Shown: positions 1 through 9,628 of the stretch, piece by piece
Layout of the letters: each line of letters starts with the position of its first letter
How positions within the stretch are numbered: position 1 is the stretch's first letter
Source: Anaerohalosphaeraceae bacterium
GTDB taxonomy: Bacteria; Planctomycetota; Phycisphaerae; Sedimentisphaerales; Anaerohalosphaeraceae
Direction: 5' to 3'
DNA: 64,000 bases
Assembly: GCA_963675525.2 (NCBI GenBank)
Contig: CAXXSL010000005.1
Location: forward strand, 32,001-96,000
Program-made: the position numbers and the translations under genes
The notes under the pieces: generated by a model
Told to the model about the DNA's origin: nothing
Database searches by the model: none
The model's input: only the letters and a program-made list of their open reading frames with translations

Positions 1-2703
1 GCGCAATTGTGCAGCAGCGGGGCGGTTCCCAAGATTGCGTTCCAGATCAGCAGCGCAAACAACCAGACGACCCTTGCCCATTCGGCATTCAAATACGGCC
101 CCGAGTTTATAATTGCGATTCCAGTCATCAATGACTTGCACAAGCGGCTGCAACTCAGCGGGCAATGACCCTATATTGATCGCCCGGCAGGAAGGCCGAA
201 AAACGCCTTCCCACTGCCAGTCATAGTAATCCTCTGTTGGAAATTTTGCCAGAGACGGATGCTTCGCATCACATACCAAACCCAGAAAACGTTCCCAGCT
301 TGGTCCCATCAATCGATTCCAGAAGACCGGCACCTGTCCGATCGGTGGACTTTGCCATGCCAGTTCATGATACAGAGGCATAAACAGTACTTTTTGACCT
401 TTTTCCAGAGCCTTCGTTGCCTCATCAAACGAACGGGTAACAACAATATCCGCAGGAATTGATTCCGAGATGATTGCCGGATAAAGCCAGAAATTCCAGT
501 CATTTTCAAAACCCGTTCCGGACAATCCCACCACCAGTTTATAGGCCGCCGGAGCCGGCAGTTTGGATAAGTCCGCTTCCAGTTGCCCCAGCGGTATCGC
601 GCTGCCCTGAGTAATTTTTTCTACCGGCCATTGACCCTCGGCCACTGCCTGCTGATGCGCATCACGAATTTGCCAATAAACATTAACCTTCTCAAGAGCC
701 GCTTTTCCATAGTGCGCAATCAGAACATCGATCTTAAAAATATCATCCATCGTAAAGACACGTTTCCTAAGCACAGCCAACGGAACGGTGGTATTACAGA
801 ATCGACGCCACTGGCCTGCGGTCACATATCCTTTTTCTTCCCAGAACGCATCCAGCACCCCGACCAATGCGGTTCCCTGGCCAAGGTAGTCGTGCAGGTC
901 CAAAAGCTGAAAACCCGCCAGACCCGGTGTCCGAAGATTCGCTTCGATTTCCTCTTTGTAGCAGGCGACCTGAAAATGTCCTGATGCCTGGGCAAATGCT
1001 TTATCTTTGTCCAGCAGGCCGGCTTTTTTCATTGATTCTCGAAATATCTCATAATTGCCGGGCTGCATATAACCGGTCAACTTCTTTGTTACATCAAAAT
1101 CCGGAAACGCACACCACTGTCCGAGTTCATGCACGATGATCGGAACATCCACCCCGCGGGTCGAATTGAGAAAGTCTCGACCGAACCAGGCTCTTCTGCC
1201 GCGAACCGGTCTTCGGCCGATACGCATTGCAGCCAGAAAATCAGCATCCTCCACATGGCCGGGTCTGTCGATTAGTGGCCATCCCGTTTCCGGTGTATAA
1301 AGCCTTCGCGGATCTTTTTGACGATAGTGCTTAACCCATTCCGTCAACGATTCTTTCCAGCGGCCTTTCGGTTCATTACTCGGCGAAAACAGGACAAACG
1401 AAGGATGATTGCCGTAGGCGCGCAGCATTCGGTCAGTTTCCTCGTACAGACGTTTTTCCATGTCGGTGCCGGGATTGATCTCATTCCACATTCCCGCTTC
1501 CGGCTGAAGATACATACCCAGTTCGTCAGCCGCCTCAAATGCGGCTTCCGGCGGACAAAATGAGTGAAAACGGACATGATTCAATCCCCAGTTTTTACAG
1601 GTCCTGAAAAGGTTGCGCCAATAGTCAACGTCCGTAGCCGGATAGCCTGTCAGCGGAAAATCGCCGCCCGAATGAGTGCCGCGAAAATCACTTTGGCGGC
1701 CGTTGACCAGCAAACGATTTCCGTCAGTGCTGATTTGTCGCAGACCAAAAGTAATCGTTCGAGAGTCATCTGCCTGTTCACCTTTCAGATATATGGTAAG
1801 ATGGTGCAGTGCCGGATCAAACTCGTCCCAGAGCTTTGCATCGGCACCAAGCTCAACTTCAATTTCCGCCTGCCCGCCTTGGGCTGTCCAGGTAACCGGT
1901 GTTTGAACATCGCCCGCCTTCAGGATGCCCTTGCCTGTCTGCTGCGTTACATTTCCGATACGAATGTCCAAACGAACGGATTTCTTGTCAATATCTCCAA
2001 AAGCCTGCACCTCGTCAATCCAAACGGGACTTGTACTATAAAGCTCCGTCTTTCCGACAATCCCATTCCATGTACTGCCCAAAGAATCCGACACGCTGTG
2101 ACCGTCGGGCCGATAATTCATTTGCATCCGGTTATCGACGCGAATCGTCAATTTATGTTGACCCGGACTCAACAAGCCTAACTCAAAAACATGGGGAGCC
2201 ACAAGGCTGTCCTGGGAACCGATGGGGTTGTTATCAATCCAGGCTGTCGTTTTCCAGCGTGCCCGTTCCAAAAAGAGTCCAATTCGACGTCCCTGCCAAT
2301 CCACAGGAATGTCTATGGTCCGCTGATACCAGGCTGCGCCTAAATAATGTCGTGGCGGCTGACAGAGAAAAGGAACTTTAGCATTGCCGGGCCGGGCAAA
2401 TTCCTTGAAGTCTTTACGTAAATACCAGTAGCGGTCATACAGGGAAAGCACCCACGGCGTGTCAATGCCAATCGGATCGCCATACTCCTGACTCTGCAGT
2501 GCCCCCGGCAGAGTGATGCGTCCGGGAAAAGTCCGGCAGTACCATTGTTCGTCAATTCCGCAGTCGTCACGATCCAAAGCAAACCGCCAGAGTCCTCCCA
2601 AAGAAATGGTCTCTTTCAGGCTGGTGTTTACCTGGGCGAACAGTCCGCTTGGGGCGCTGCAAAGCAGCAGATAGACAATCCATTGACCGCAGCTACCCTG
2701 CAT
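1..2703 (-). CDS. Secreted glycoside hydrolase family 2 (beta-galactosidase/beta-glucuronidase-like); runs off the left edge
   Basis: Not in the ORF track because no stop falls in the window. Manual translation from ATG 2703 (GAGG upstream): MQGSCGQWIVYLLLC..SLGGLWRFALD..GAAWYQRTIDIP..FGLRQI..GLNHVRFHSFCPPEAAFEAADELGMY..GNHPSF..SNEP..ENDWNFWLYP. Frame was spot-checked at 2500, 1150, 490 and 1. Confidence 0.85.
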   Translation of the reverse strand, partial: MQGSCGQWIVYLLLCSAPSGLFAQVNTSLKETISLGGLWRFALDRDDCGIDEQWYCRTFPGRITLPGALQSQEYGDPIGIDTPWVLSLYDRYWYLRKDFKEFARPGNAKVPFLCQPPRHYLGAAWYQRTIDIPVDWQGRRIGLFLERARWKTTAWIDNNPIGSQDSLVAPHVFELGLLSPGQHKLTIRVDNRMQMNYRPDGHSVSDSLGSTWNGIVGKTELYSTSPVWIDEVQAFGDIDKKSVRLDIRIGNVTQQTGKGILKAGDVQTPVTWTAQGGQAEIEVELGADAKLWDEFDPALHHLTIYLKGEQADDSRTITFGLRQISTDGNRLLVNGRQSDFRGTHSGGDFPLTGYPATDVDYWRNLFRTCKNWGLNHVRFHSFCPPEAAFEAADELGMYLQPEAGMWNEINPGTDMEKRLYEETDRMLRAYGNHPSFVLFSPSNEPKGRWKESLTEWVKHYRQKDPRRLYTPETGWPLIDRPGHVEDADFLAAMRIGRRPVRGRRAWFGRDFLNSTRGVDVPIIVHELGQWCAFPDFDVTKKLTGYMQPGNYEIFRESMKKAGLLDKDKAFAQASGHFQVACYKEEIEANLRTPGLAGFQLLDLHDYLGQGTALVGVLDAFWEEKGYVTAGQWRRFCNTTVPLAVLRKRVFTMDDIFKIDVLIAHYGKAALEKVNVYWQIRDAHQQAVAEGQWPVEKITQGSAIPLGQLEADLSKLPAPAAYKLVVGLSGTGFENDWNFWLYPAIISESIPADIVVTRSFDEATKALEKGQKVLFMPLYHELAWQSPPIGQVPVFWNRLMGPSWERFLGLVCDAKHPSLAKFPTEDYYDWQWEGVFRPSCRAINIGSLPAELQPLVQVIDDWNRNYKLGAVFECRMGKGRLVVCAADLERNLGNRPAAAQLR

Positions 2704-3580
2704 CCTGATTACCTCATCAACTTAATATTATTCGCACAGATTTCATTTAAGAAATCGCATTTAAACGGGGCGGTTCCAACTCATCCAAAACGACGGCAGA
2801 GCCGTCAGTAATAATTTATCATATCAGCAGCAAAAGTCCCTTTCAAGCCAATACTTATATAACCACTCACAATTGTCAATCTACAATACGATGATATTTG
2901 TTTTTTATCTGTGAAGCGGAAAGCGCCTCCTCATAAATATGCACATCATCGATTTGGGCCCTGAAGATAAGGGGGGACGCCCGTAGCACAATAAGCACCA
3001 ATTTGGACATTTTCAAGCGAACCGGTATTGATTGGCTCGTCCGCGAATATAGTTGTTTGCCTCAATCCGATACCCACTTTTTTGAAAACAAACACCTTTA
3101 AATGTAGACATTCCAAGTCGCCTTTGCAGGGTTAGGTTCCTAAAATTGCCTGGGATTATAGTCATGAGCTTATTTCCTTAATATTAGGGGTATAAGACAC
3201 CTATAGGCTTACAACCCTACTAGTAGTATAGAGATACTTCTCAAAAATGACGATTTTTTTGATTCTTTTTTTAAAATTCCTGAAATAAGCCAATGTTAAT
3301 ATTACGAAATCCGGATATTTATAGAATTCGAATTAAATTATACTCTCTGGTAGAAAAAATGTTAAGTAATCAGATATAGAGTAGGAATATCAGCATTGAA
3401 AAGGGGAATTTGGATCAAAAAATTTGATTAATATGTTAAAATAAAGAACAGGATAAACCTTCAAATAGTAATTTTATGGGGCTTTGAGAAATTATATTAT
3501 TTATTTTTTTTGTAAGAATTGAGCGAAACAAGAAAAGGTATAATAGAGGGACCTTGTTTTAAGGTCTCTATGGTAAAGCT

Positions 3581-4117
3581 ATGAATAACGATAAAAATAA
3601 TAAAGAACTCGCTGTTTTTTGGGCACAGTCGCAACCGACTGTCGCCGCTTTCATCCATTCTCTGGTTCCGAATTTTCAAGATGCTGATGATATCCTGCAA
3701 AATGTTGCCATTATCACGGTCGAAAAATTTGAAAAATATGACCGGGAACGTTCTTTTTCTGCATGGTGTACAGGAATTGCAAAAAACCTGATCCTGAATT
3801 ATTATTCAAAAAAAGGCGGCAAGCGGTCCATCTTAGGGATAGAGGCAATTGAAAAAGTGGCTCAGGTTTATGAGCAGGACCCACATAGCATTCATGACCA
3901 GATAGAGTCCATGAGAAAGGCATTAAAAAAGTGTCTGTCTCTGCTCAAAGGCAAAATAAAGAAGATGGTTGAGATGCACTATATGGAAGAATTAAGTCCG
4001 GCACGAATTGCCCAGCTTTTGAGTCTGTCTCCAAACAATGTTTCAGTCACACTTCACCGTGTCAGATTGTCATTAAAAGCATGTGTAAAACGAGTCCTTT
4101 CTGAGGAAAATATATGA
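3581..4117 (+). CDS. ECF-type sigma-70 factor (planctomycete-type)
   Basis: 178 aa; region 2 (DADDILQNV..FSAWCTGIAKN) and region 4 HTH (LSPARIAQLLSLSPNNVSVTLHRVRLSLKAC). Confidence 0.92.
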   Translation: MNNDKNNKELAVFWAQSQPTVAAFIHSLVPNFQDADDILQNVAIITVEKFEKYDRERSFSAWCTGIAKNLILNYYSKKGGKRSILGIEAIEKVAQVYEQDPHSIHDQIESMRKALKKCLSLLKGKIKKMVEMHYMEELSPARIAQLLSLSPNNVSVTLHRVRLSLKACVKRVLSEENI

Positions 4118-5859
4118 CAGAGCGATCCGAACAACTTATCAGCATGTTTCTTCAGACTCCGGTTGCTATGACAGAGCAGCAGAGGCAGGAATTATCCGCA
4201 TGGATCACCCAGGGTACCAAAAACACGAAGGAGTTTATACAAGCCTCTCTTTTCCACCGATGCATCCATGAAGTGTTACTTGTTTCGGATGTAGAGAGAA
4301 ACCGTATTATCCAGGACGACACGAACATCCCGAATATGAGTTCGGGATCATTTGACCGACAGTTGTGGGACATGTTGTTGAAGGAGGAAGAGACCGCTCC
4401 CGAAATTGAAATTGAACGTCCTGTACCAGAAAAAGAGCCGATTCAATATGTAAAGCCCGAAAGAAGACAACGCAAATTCAACAAAACATCTTTTATTGCA
4501 GTCGTTACTGCGATCGCAGCAATGATTTTACTAATTATTTATGTCCAACTTGTCCCCTACACTTTAGATGTAGAGGTGGCAACGCTGACAGAGACAGTTA
4601 ATGCCCAGTGGGCCGAAACAGCAGGGCCAACAAGTCCCAACACCCGCTTGATGACAAACCATAAACCACTTATGCTGCGAAAAGGATGTGTAGAACTGGT
4701 TTTTGACAACAACGCGAAGGTCGTTTTGGAAGCCCCTGTGGAATTTCAAGTACTCTCTTATGATCAAATTAAACTGTCTTACGGCCGTCTTTATGCAACC
4801 GTTCCGAAGGAGGCAGTGGGATTTATTGTCTCGACTCCCACATCTAAGATCATTGATCTGGGCACGGAATTCGGTGTTGAGACAGGATTCGATGGAACCA
4901 CGGAACTCCATGTTGTAAAGGGAAAGACCTCATTGGTTTCGGGGTCTGCCGACAATAAAATAAGCATCTTATTAAATGAGGGATCCGCGAAGAAAATAAC
5001 CGAGAACGCGTCGGCGCCCATCGACATTCCGTGTGACGAACAGATTTTTGCACGCCGGATCGATTCTCAAAGCCGATTTGTTTGGCGAGGGCGGAATGTC
5101 AGTCTTGCCGATATTGTTGGTGGCGGAAACGGTTTTGGTACCGGGCAGTTCGACAAGGGAATCAACCCATCGACGGGCAGTTCGACTCAGTCTCTATTTA
5201 GTAAAAGTGTGTATGCCGGCCCGGAACATTATGTTCCTGTTCCATCTGTTCCTTATATCGATGGCGTCTTCGTTCCGGGAATTAACTCCGGTTCCACACA
5301 AATCAGTTCGTTTGGATTAACAACTAACGAGTTTCCTGCTACTTCCGGTGAAATATGGGGCTATATTTTCGACGGGGCGTGGCACGAGAGCGATGATACC
5401 CCTCGTCATCATTTACAGCTTAATGATATAGAATTAGGCAATAAAGAAAACCCCGCCATTACCATGCATTCGAATCTGGGTATTACATTTGATCTTTCGG
5501 CGATTCGGAAAACACTCCCCGGCGTAAAAATTAACTCATTTTCTTCGGTGTTTGGCGTTTCCCAGACCGTTGAGAAAACGCTGAAAACGCGGGATTTCAG
5601 TGCCATTGCTGATATGGCAGGGGTTGATAAACTATCCAAAGAGCGACACTCTGCTGCTGAGTTCTGGGTTTTGCTGGATGGAAAAAAAGTCCTGCGGCAG
5701 AAGGTTTTCAGCGGATCGAAACCCGGCACGATTGATATCCCGATCGATGAGGGGGTCCGGTTCTTGACACTGGCCGTCACCGAAGCGGATGATACATTCA
5801 TGTTTGACTGGGCGGTTTTTGTCCGGCCGGAATTGATTTTGGAATCGGTTGCTAAATAG
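4114..5859 (+). CDS. FecR-type anti-sigma factor with a C-terminal NPCBM-like carbohydrate-binding module
   Basis: Overlaps the sigma stop (ATGA). Single TM (FIAVVTAIAAMILLIIYV), FecR motifs (GFIVSTP..IIDLGTEFGV..ELHVVKG), and a C-terminal FWVLLDGK..FLTLAVTE..DWAVFVRPEL typical of NPCBM-like folds. Confidence 0.85.
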   Translation: MTERSEQLISMFLQTPVAMTEQQRQELSAWITQGTKNTKEFIQASLFHRCIHEVLLVSDVERNRIIQDDTNIPNMSSGSFDRQLWDMLLKEEETAPEIEIERPVPEKEPIQYVKPERRQRKFNKTSFIAVVTAIAAMILLIIYVQLVPYTLDVEVATLTETVNAQWAETAGPTSPNTRLMTNHKPLMLRKGCVELVFDNNAKVVLEAPVEFQVLSYDQIKLSYGRLYATVPKEAVGFIVSTPTSKIIDLGTEFGVETGFDGTTELHVVKGKTSLVSGSADNKISILLNEGSAKKITENASAPIDIPCDEQIFARRIDSQSRFVWRGRNVSLADIVGGGNGFGTGQFDKGINPSTGSSTQSLFSKSVYAGPEHYVPVPSVPYIDGVFVPGINSGSTQISSFGLTTNEFPATSGEIWGYIFDGAWHESDDTPRHHLQLNDIELGNKENPAITMHSNLGITFDLSAIRKTLPGVKINSFSSVFGVSQTVEKTLKTRDFSAIADMAGVDKLSKERHSAAEFWVLLDGKKVLRQKVFSGSKPGTIDIPIDEGVRFLTLAVTEADDTFMFDWAVFVRPELILESVAK

Positions 5860-5921
5860 CGGATTATTCATGGTTGAAAAACTTTATATTGACAGTTAAC
5901 GATTTATAGGACGGAGAAGAT

Positions 5922-6812
5922 ATGAAAAAACTAAAAGGATTTACATTAATTGAGTTACTGGTTGTGATCGCGATCATTGCCTTGCTGATGGCGGTTATCC
6001 TGCCTTCCCTGAAAGCGGCCAAGGAGTTGGCATCCGGTGCGGTGTGTGTCTCCAATCAACGGCAATTATGCCTGGCCTGGACGTCTTATGCAGAGAACAA
6101 TGACGATTTTCTTGTCGGTGGGTCCAATTACTACAACGGAAACCGTCCAACCCCGTATCGCTGGGTGGAAGTCCCTTTGTACAACGATACCGACGTTCTG
6201 CCAGGAGATACGCCGGCCCCAGAAGCGGCGTTTTCGATCGAAACGCGACAAAACGGTATTCGTGCCGGTAAATTATACCCCTACACGGGTGACGAAGATC
6301 TTTATCATTGTCCCGGCGACAAAAATTACAGAAAAGCGGAACCGGACGCTGTCTTTCGCAGTTATGCCATCACCGGTCTGATGAATGGAGAGGACTTTGC
6401 GCCCAATGGACGTTCTGGCGGTCTGTATGGTCCGATCGTCAATTATCGAACAGCCACGGTTTCGCCCACTGGTGGGGCCACAAAACTACTGAAAGTTGCT
6501 GTTAAGGGTTCTCAAATTCGTTCTCCCGGTACCAAGCATGTGTTTGTGGAGGAAGACGTTACCCAAAAAGGACAAAAATTCAATTACGGTGGATTTGTGC
6601 TGCTTAACGGGGGTTATAATTGGTGGGATTGGCCGGCATATTTCCATAATGATTCCAGTACGATCGGTTTTGCCGATGGTCATGCCGAACGGCATAAGTG
6701 GCAGGACCCGGATACGATCAAGCTGATGAAGGGTGAGATATATAGCGACCCGGATGCAGCTAACAATGAAGATCTGGCCTGGATGGTCAGTGGCTATATT
6801 CCTATGCCCTGA
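5922..6812 (+). CDS. Prepilin-type N-terminal cleavage/methylation protein (DUF1559 / H-X9-DG type)
   Basis: KG|FTLIELLVVIAIIALLMAVILPSL..C.SNQRQL class III signal; C-terminal HNDSSTIGFADGHAE. Confidence 0.92.
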   Translation: MKKLKGFTLIELLVVIAIIALLMAVILPSLKAAKELASGAVCVSNQRQLCLAWTSYAENNDDFLVGGSNYYNGNRPTPYRWVEVPLYNDTDVLPGDTPAPEAAFSIETRQNGIRAGKLYPYTGDEDLYHCPGDKNYRKAEPDAVFRSYAITGLMNGEDFAPNGRSGGLYGPIVNYRTATVSPTGGATKLLKVAVKGSQIRSPGTKHVFVEEDVTQKGQKFNYGGFVLLNGGYNWWDWPAYFHNDSSTIGFADGHAERHKWQDPDTIKLMKGEIYSDPDAANNEDLAWMVSGYIPMP

Positions 6813-6990
6813 TAATGGCATGGGGGATACAAGAAATGAAAGACAATAGTTTGGAGGGCAGGTGAAATGGAGAGAGTGGGATATTTTGGTAAATCTTAAT
6901 TACAGGAAAGTAGGTAAGTATGTGGTTTTATGATCAAATTGTTATCGCTGGGAAAAGATGAGAAGAATTCTTTTTAGAAAGGGTATTAGG

Positions 6991-8571
6991 ATGAAAAAGG
7001 TATTTTTAACGGTATTGATTTTTTGTTTGATGAGTGTGGCCGCTCAGGCTGATCTTGTGACGCAACCGTATATCGCGGGTGATTTCAACAGCTGGGCCCC
7101 GGGTGCCACCCCGATGACTGAAACCTCGCCTGGAAGTGGGATATGGGAGTACACGATCACCGGAGTTGGCGCCGGAACATATCAGCAGTTCAAAATTACC
7201 CCTGGGGATTGGAGTACGACTGCCCCCGCGTCGAACAGTTGGTACAGCGCCGATGATTTGGGCCAAGTCACCATCACGTTTAACACGAACATCGTGTCAG
7301 ATGGGTGGCTGCCCGAGCAGTTCCGGGTTGGCGTAAGTACCGAACCGGGTGCCTGGTCACTTGTCGGCGACTACATGGATGAGATTGGCGGGGCCGATTG
7401 GACCAATAATGACCCGACACAGGCGATGACTCCGCTGGGCGGCGGGATTTATGAAATAACCCAGACATTGCCGGCCGGCAACTGGCAACTTAAGCCGACT
7501 AACACAGGCTCATGGGATGCGATCGGATTAGATGGGCGGTCTATTGATGCGTGGAACTATTATATCGAGCTTTCTTCGGATACCGAAATAACTGTGTATG
7601 TGAATGCTTATGCCGGTACGATGGGGATTGGAGGGGAGGTTGACCTTTCAGATCTTCTTAATAAGGCTTACGATCCCGTTCCGAAAAAAGGCGCTGTGGT
7701 GGTTACAGATTCCGTGACGGCACTGAGCTGGACCAATCCGGACCCGAACAATTCGGCCGATACGATCACCTGTGATGTCTATTTCCTGGATGCGGGACTT
7801 ACAAAGTTGATCAAGGACCCGAACATGGGGCCGGATGTTATAGGCGCGGGTGTTAATCTGATTGCAGATAATACTACTGCTGAAACGGCTGCTTTACCGC
7901 CTTCAGTTTTACCGCTCGCTGATGACCACTATTACTACTGGGCAGTTCATGCTACCGACCCGCACGGAGATCCGAACACCGGAGGCCCCGTTACAACTCA
8001 AGGTGATATCTGGTTTTTCTTTACAGGGGATGCGGCTCCTGACCCGGGTAAGCCTGTTGACCAGTATATGTGGCTATCTCAAGATGACTCCGCAATAGGG
8101 GGCTTTGGGGATACCAATCCCAATGTAAGGTATTTCCAGGTCACTGCGTCTTATACCGACGACGGAAAGAGTGCGATTACCGATGCCAACTTTGTAAATC
8201 TGAACTGGGGCTGGGACCCGGCCAACGACGAGCTTGGCATAACAGAAGTCAGTGATGTTCACACACCGGGTGTAGGTGGTGGAACTGTCACAGCAATCTA
8301 TAAGACTGAATACAACGCAACAGATCCGAATTTCACCACAATTCTTCCCGGTTATTGGCAGATTCGTCTTGAGGTGACTGACGCTACCGGCACGGCCCAT
8401 GGAACCGCTGGTATCCACCGGATTTTTGAAACCTGTGGGGAAGCGGCTGATGCCGATCCTAGTGATCTCTATGATGGATACTATGACACGAACAATGACT
8501 GCATCGTTAATTTGGCAGATTTTTCAGATTTTGCAGCAAAATGGCTTTACCAAGGCGTCAAGTACGAGTAA
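6991..8571 (+). CDS. Secreted putative alpha-glucan-binding protein: two CBM-like beta domains, FN3/Ig-like modules and a dockerin-like tail
   Basis: Signal peptide ending AAQA; IAGDFNSW and LVGDY..W repeats resemble CBM48/SusE-type starch-binding modules; LSW..DVYF..YYWAV..GDIWFF FN3-like module; tail DTNNDCIVNLADFSDFAAKWL. ATG 6991 is preferred over 6958 from the RBS and the paralog's N-terminus. Confidence 0.7.
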   Translation: MKKVFLTVLIFCLMSVAAQADLVTQPYIAGDFNSWAPGATPMTETSPGSGIWEYTITGVGAGTYQQFKITPGDWSTTAPASNSWYSADDLGQVTITFNTNIVSDGWLPEQFRVGVSTEPGAWSLVGDYMDEIGGADWTNNDPTQAMTPLGGGIYEITQTLPAGNWQLKPTNTGSWDAIGLDGRSIDAWNYYIELSSDTEITVYVNAYAGTMGIGGEVDLSDLLNKAYDPVPKKGAVVVTDSVTALSWTNPDPNNSADTITCDVYFLDAGLTKLIKDPNMGPDVIGAGVNLIADNTTAETAALPPSVLPLADDHYYYWAVHATDPHGDPNTGGPVTTQGDIWFFFTGDAAPDPGKPVDQYMWLSQDDSAIGGFGDTNPNVRYFQVTASYTDDGKSAITDANFVNLNWGWDPANDELGITEVSDVHTPGVGGGTVTAIYKTEYNATDPNFTTILPGYWQIRLEVTDATGTAHGTAGIHRIFETCGEAADADPSDLYDGYYDTNNDCIVNLADFSDFAAKWLYQGVKYE

Positions 8572-8610
8572 ATATGCCCGTAAATGGGGCAAAAACAGCG
8601 TATTTTTAAT

Positions 8611-8648
8611 AAGGGTCTCCCTGCTTGGCCGGCAGGGGGAACCTTTTA
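8611..8648 (+). terminator. GC-rich stem-loop followed by T residues
   Basis: AAGG..CTCCCTGC-TTGGCCG-GCAGGGGG..CCTTTT after the 6991 gene. Confidence 0.55.
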
Positions 8649-8731
8649 ACAAAAGTGAAGTGTGTGTGAAGCAGTGTGATGTGTGTTTAGTAGTACGTAC
8701 TAACTAATTTATTTTTGTGGAGGATCGAAAG

Positions 8732-9415
8732 ATGAAAAGAGTATGTTTAATTTTGTTGATGTGTGTGATGGCGGCGGCGGTTCAAGCTGATCTTGTGACG
8801 CAGCCGTACGTCGCGGGCGAATTCAATAGCTGGAATGCTACAACCAACCCGATGGTAGATATGGGAGGCGGTATTTGGGAGTACACGATCACCGGATTGG
8901 CCCCCGACCAGTGGCAGCAGTTCAAAGTTGCCGGTGAGAATTGGGATGGGGATGTTCCCGCGGCGAACAGTTGGTACAACGCCGATAGTGCGGGTGAAGT
9001 CACGATTACGTTTAACACGAATGTCGTGTCAGACGGCTGGGTGAGAGAACAGTTCCGCATAGGTGTCAGTACCGAACCGGGCAGTTGGTCGCTTGTCGGC
9101 GACTTTAATGGTTGGAACAATAATGATGCGGCACAGCTGATGACGTCGTTGGGCGGCGGGATTTATGCGATCACCAACACCTGGGGCCCCGGCGTGTATA
9201 ACTTTAAACCGACGTGGACAGGGACGTGGAATGCGATCGGCACAGATGGGCGGTCTGTCGATGCGTGGAACTATTGGCTCGACCTCGCTTCGGAATCCGA
9301 AGTTACGGTGTATGTGGATGCCTTCGCGAATGTGATGAAAGTGGACGTTGTTCCTGAACCGGCAACGATGGTTCTGTTGGGTTTGGGCGCGCTGTTGATT
9401 CGGCGTAAGAAATAG
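8732..9415 (+). CDS. PEP-CTERM surface protein carrying the same tandem CBM-like domains as 6991..8571
   Basis: Signal peptide; ADLVTQPYVAGEFNSW..LVGDFNGW; C-terminal VPEPATMVLLGLGALLIRRKK; GGAGG upstream of ATG 8732. Confidence 0.88.
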   Translation: MKRVCLILLMCVMAAAVQADLVTQPYVAGEFNSWNATTNPMVDMGGGIWEYTITGLAPDQWQQFKVAGENWDGDVPAANSWYNADSAGEVTITFNTNVVSDGWVREQFRIGVSTEPGSWSLVGDFNGWNNNDAAQLMTSLGGGIYAITNTWGPGVYNFKPTWTGTWNAIGTDGRSVDAWNYWLDLASESEVTVYVDAFANVMKVDVVPEPATMVLLGLGALLIRRKK

Positions 9416-9443
9416 ACCCATTGAGTGTACAGTGTAAGTATTC

Positions 9444-9471
9444 GTTCCCCCCGGCATCAGCCGGGGGGAAC
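9444..9471 (+). terminator. Perfect 12-bp stem-loop (terminator or mRNA-stabilising hairpin)
   Basis: GTTCCCCCCGGC-ATCA-GCCGGGGGGAAC; no clean poly-T tail follows. Confidence 0.6.
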
Positions 9472-9628
9472 ATTATTACGCTTTATGACGGATTTAGTCG
9501 AAGGATGAGGTTGGAGTTGGGGGTTGGTTGTATCCCTACGGGGATGCTGTAATTATATATATATTTTATGAACGGCATGCATTTTCCACGAGTAATTAAT
9601 AATAGGAATACCATGCGGCCTTTTTAAG

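Noticed and set aside
583..2381. Plus-strand ORFs of 130-205 aa
   Set aside because: Antisense shadows of the minus-strand GH2 gene.
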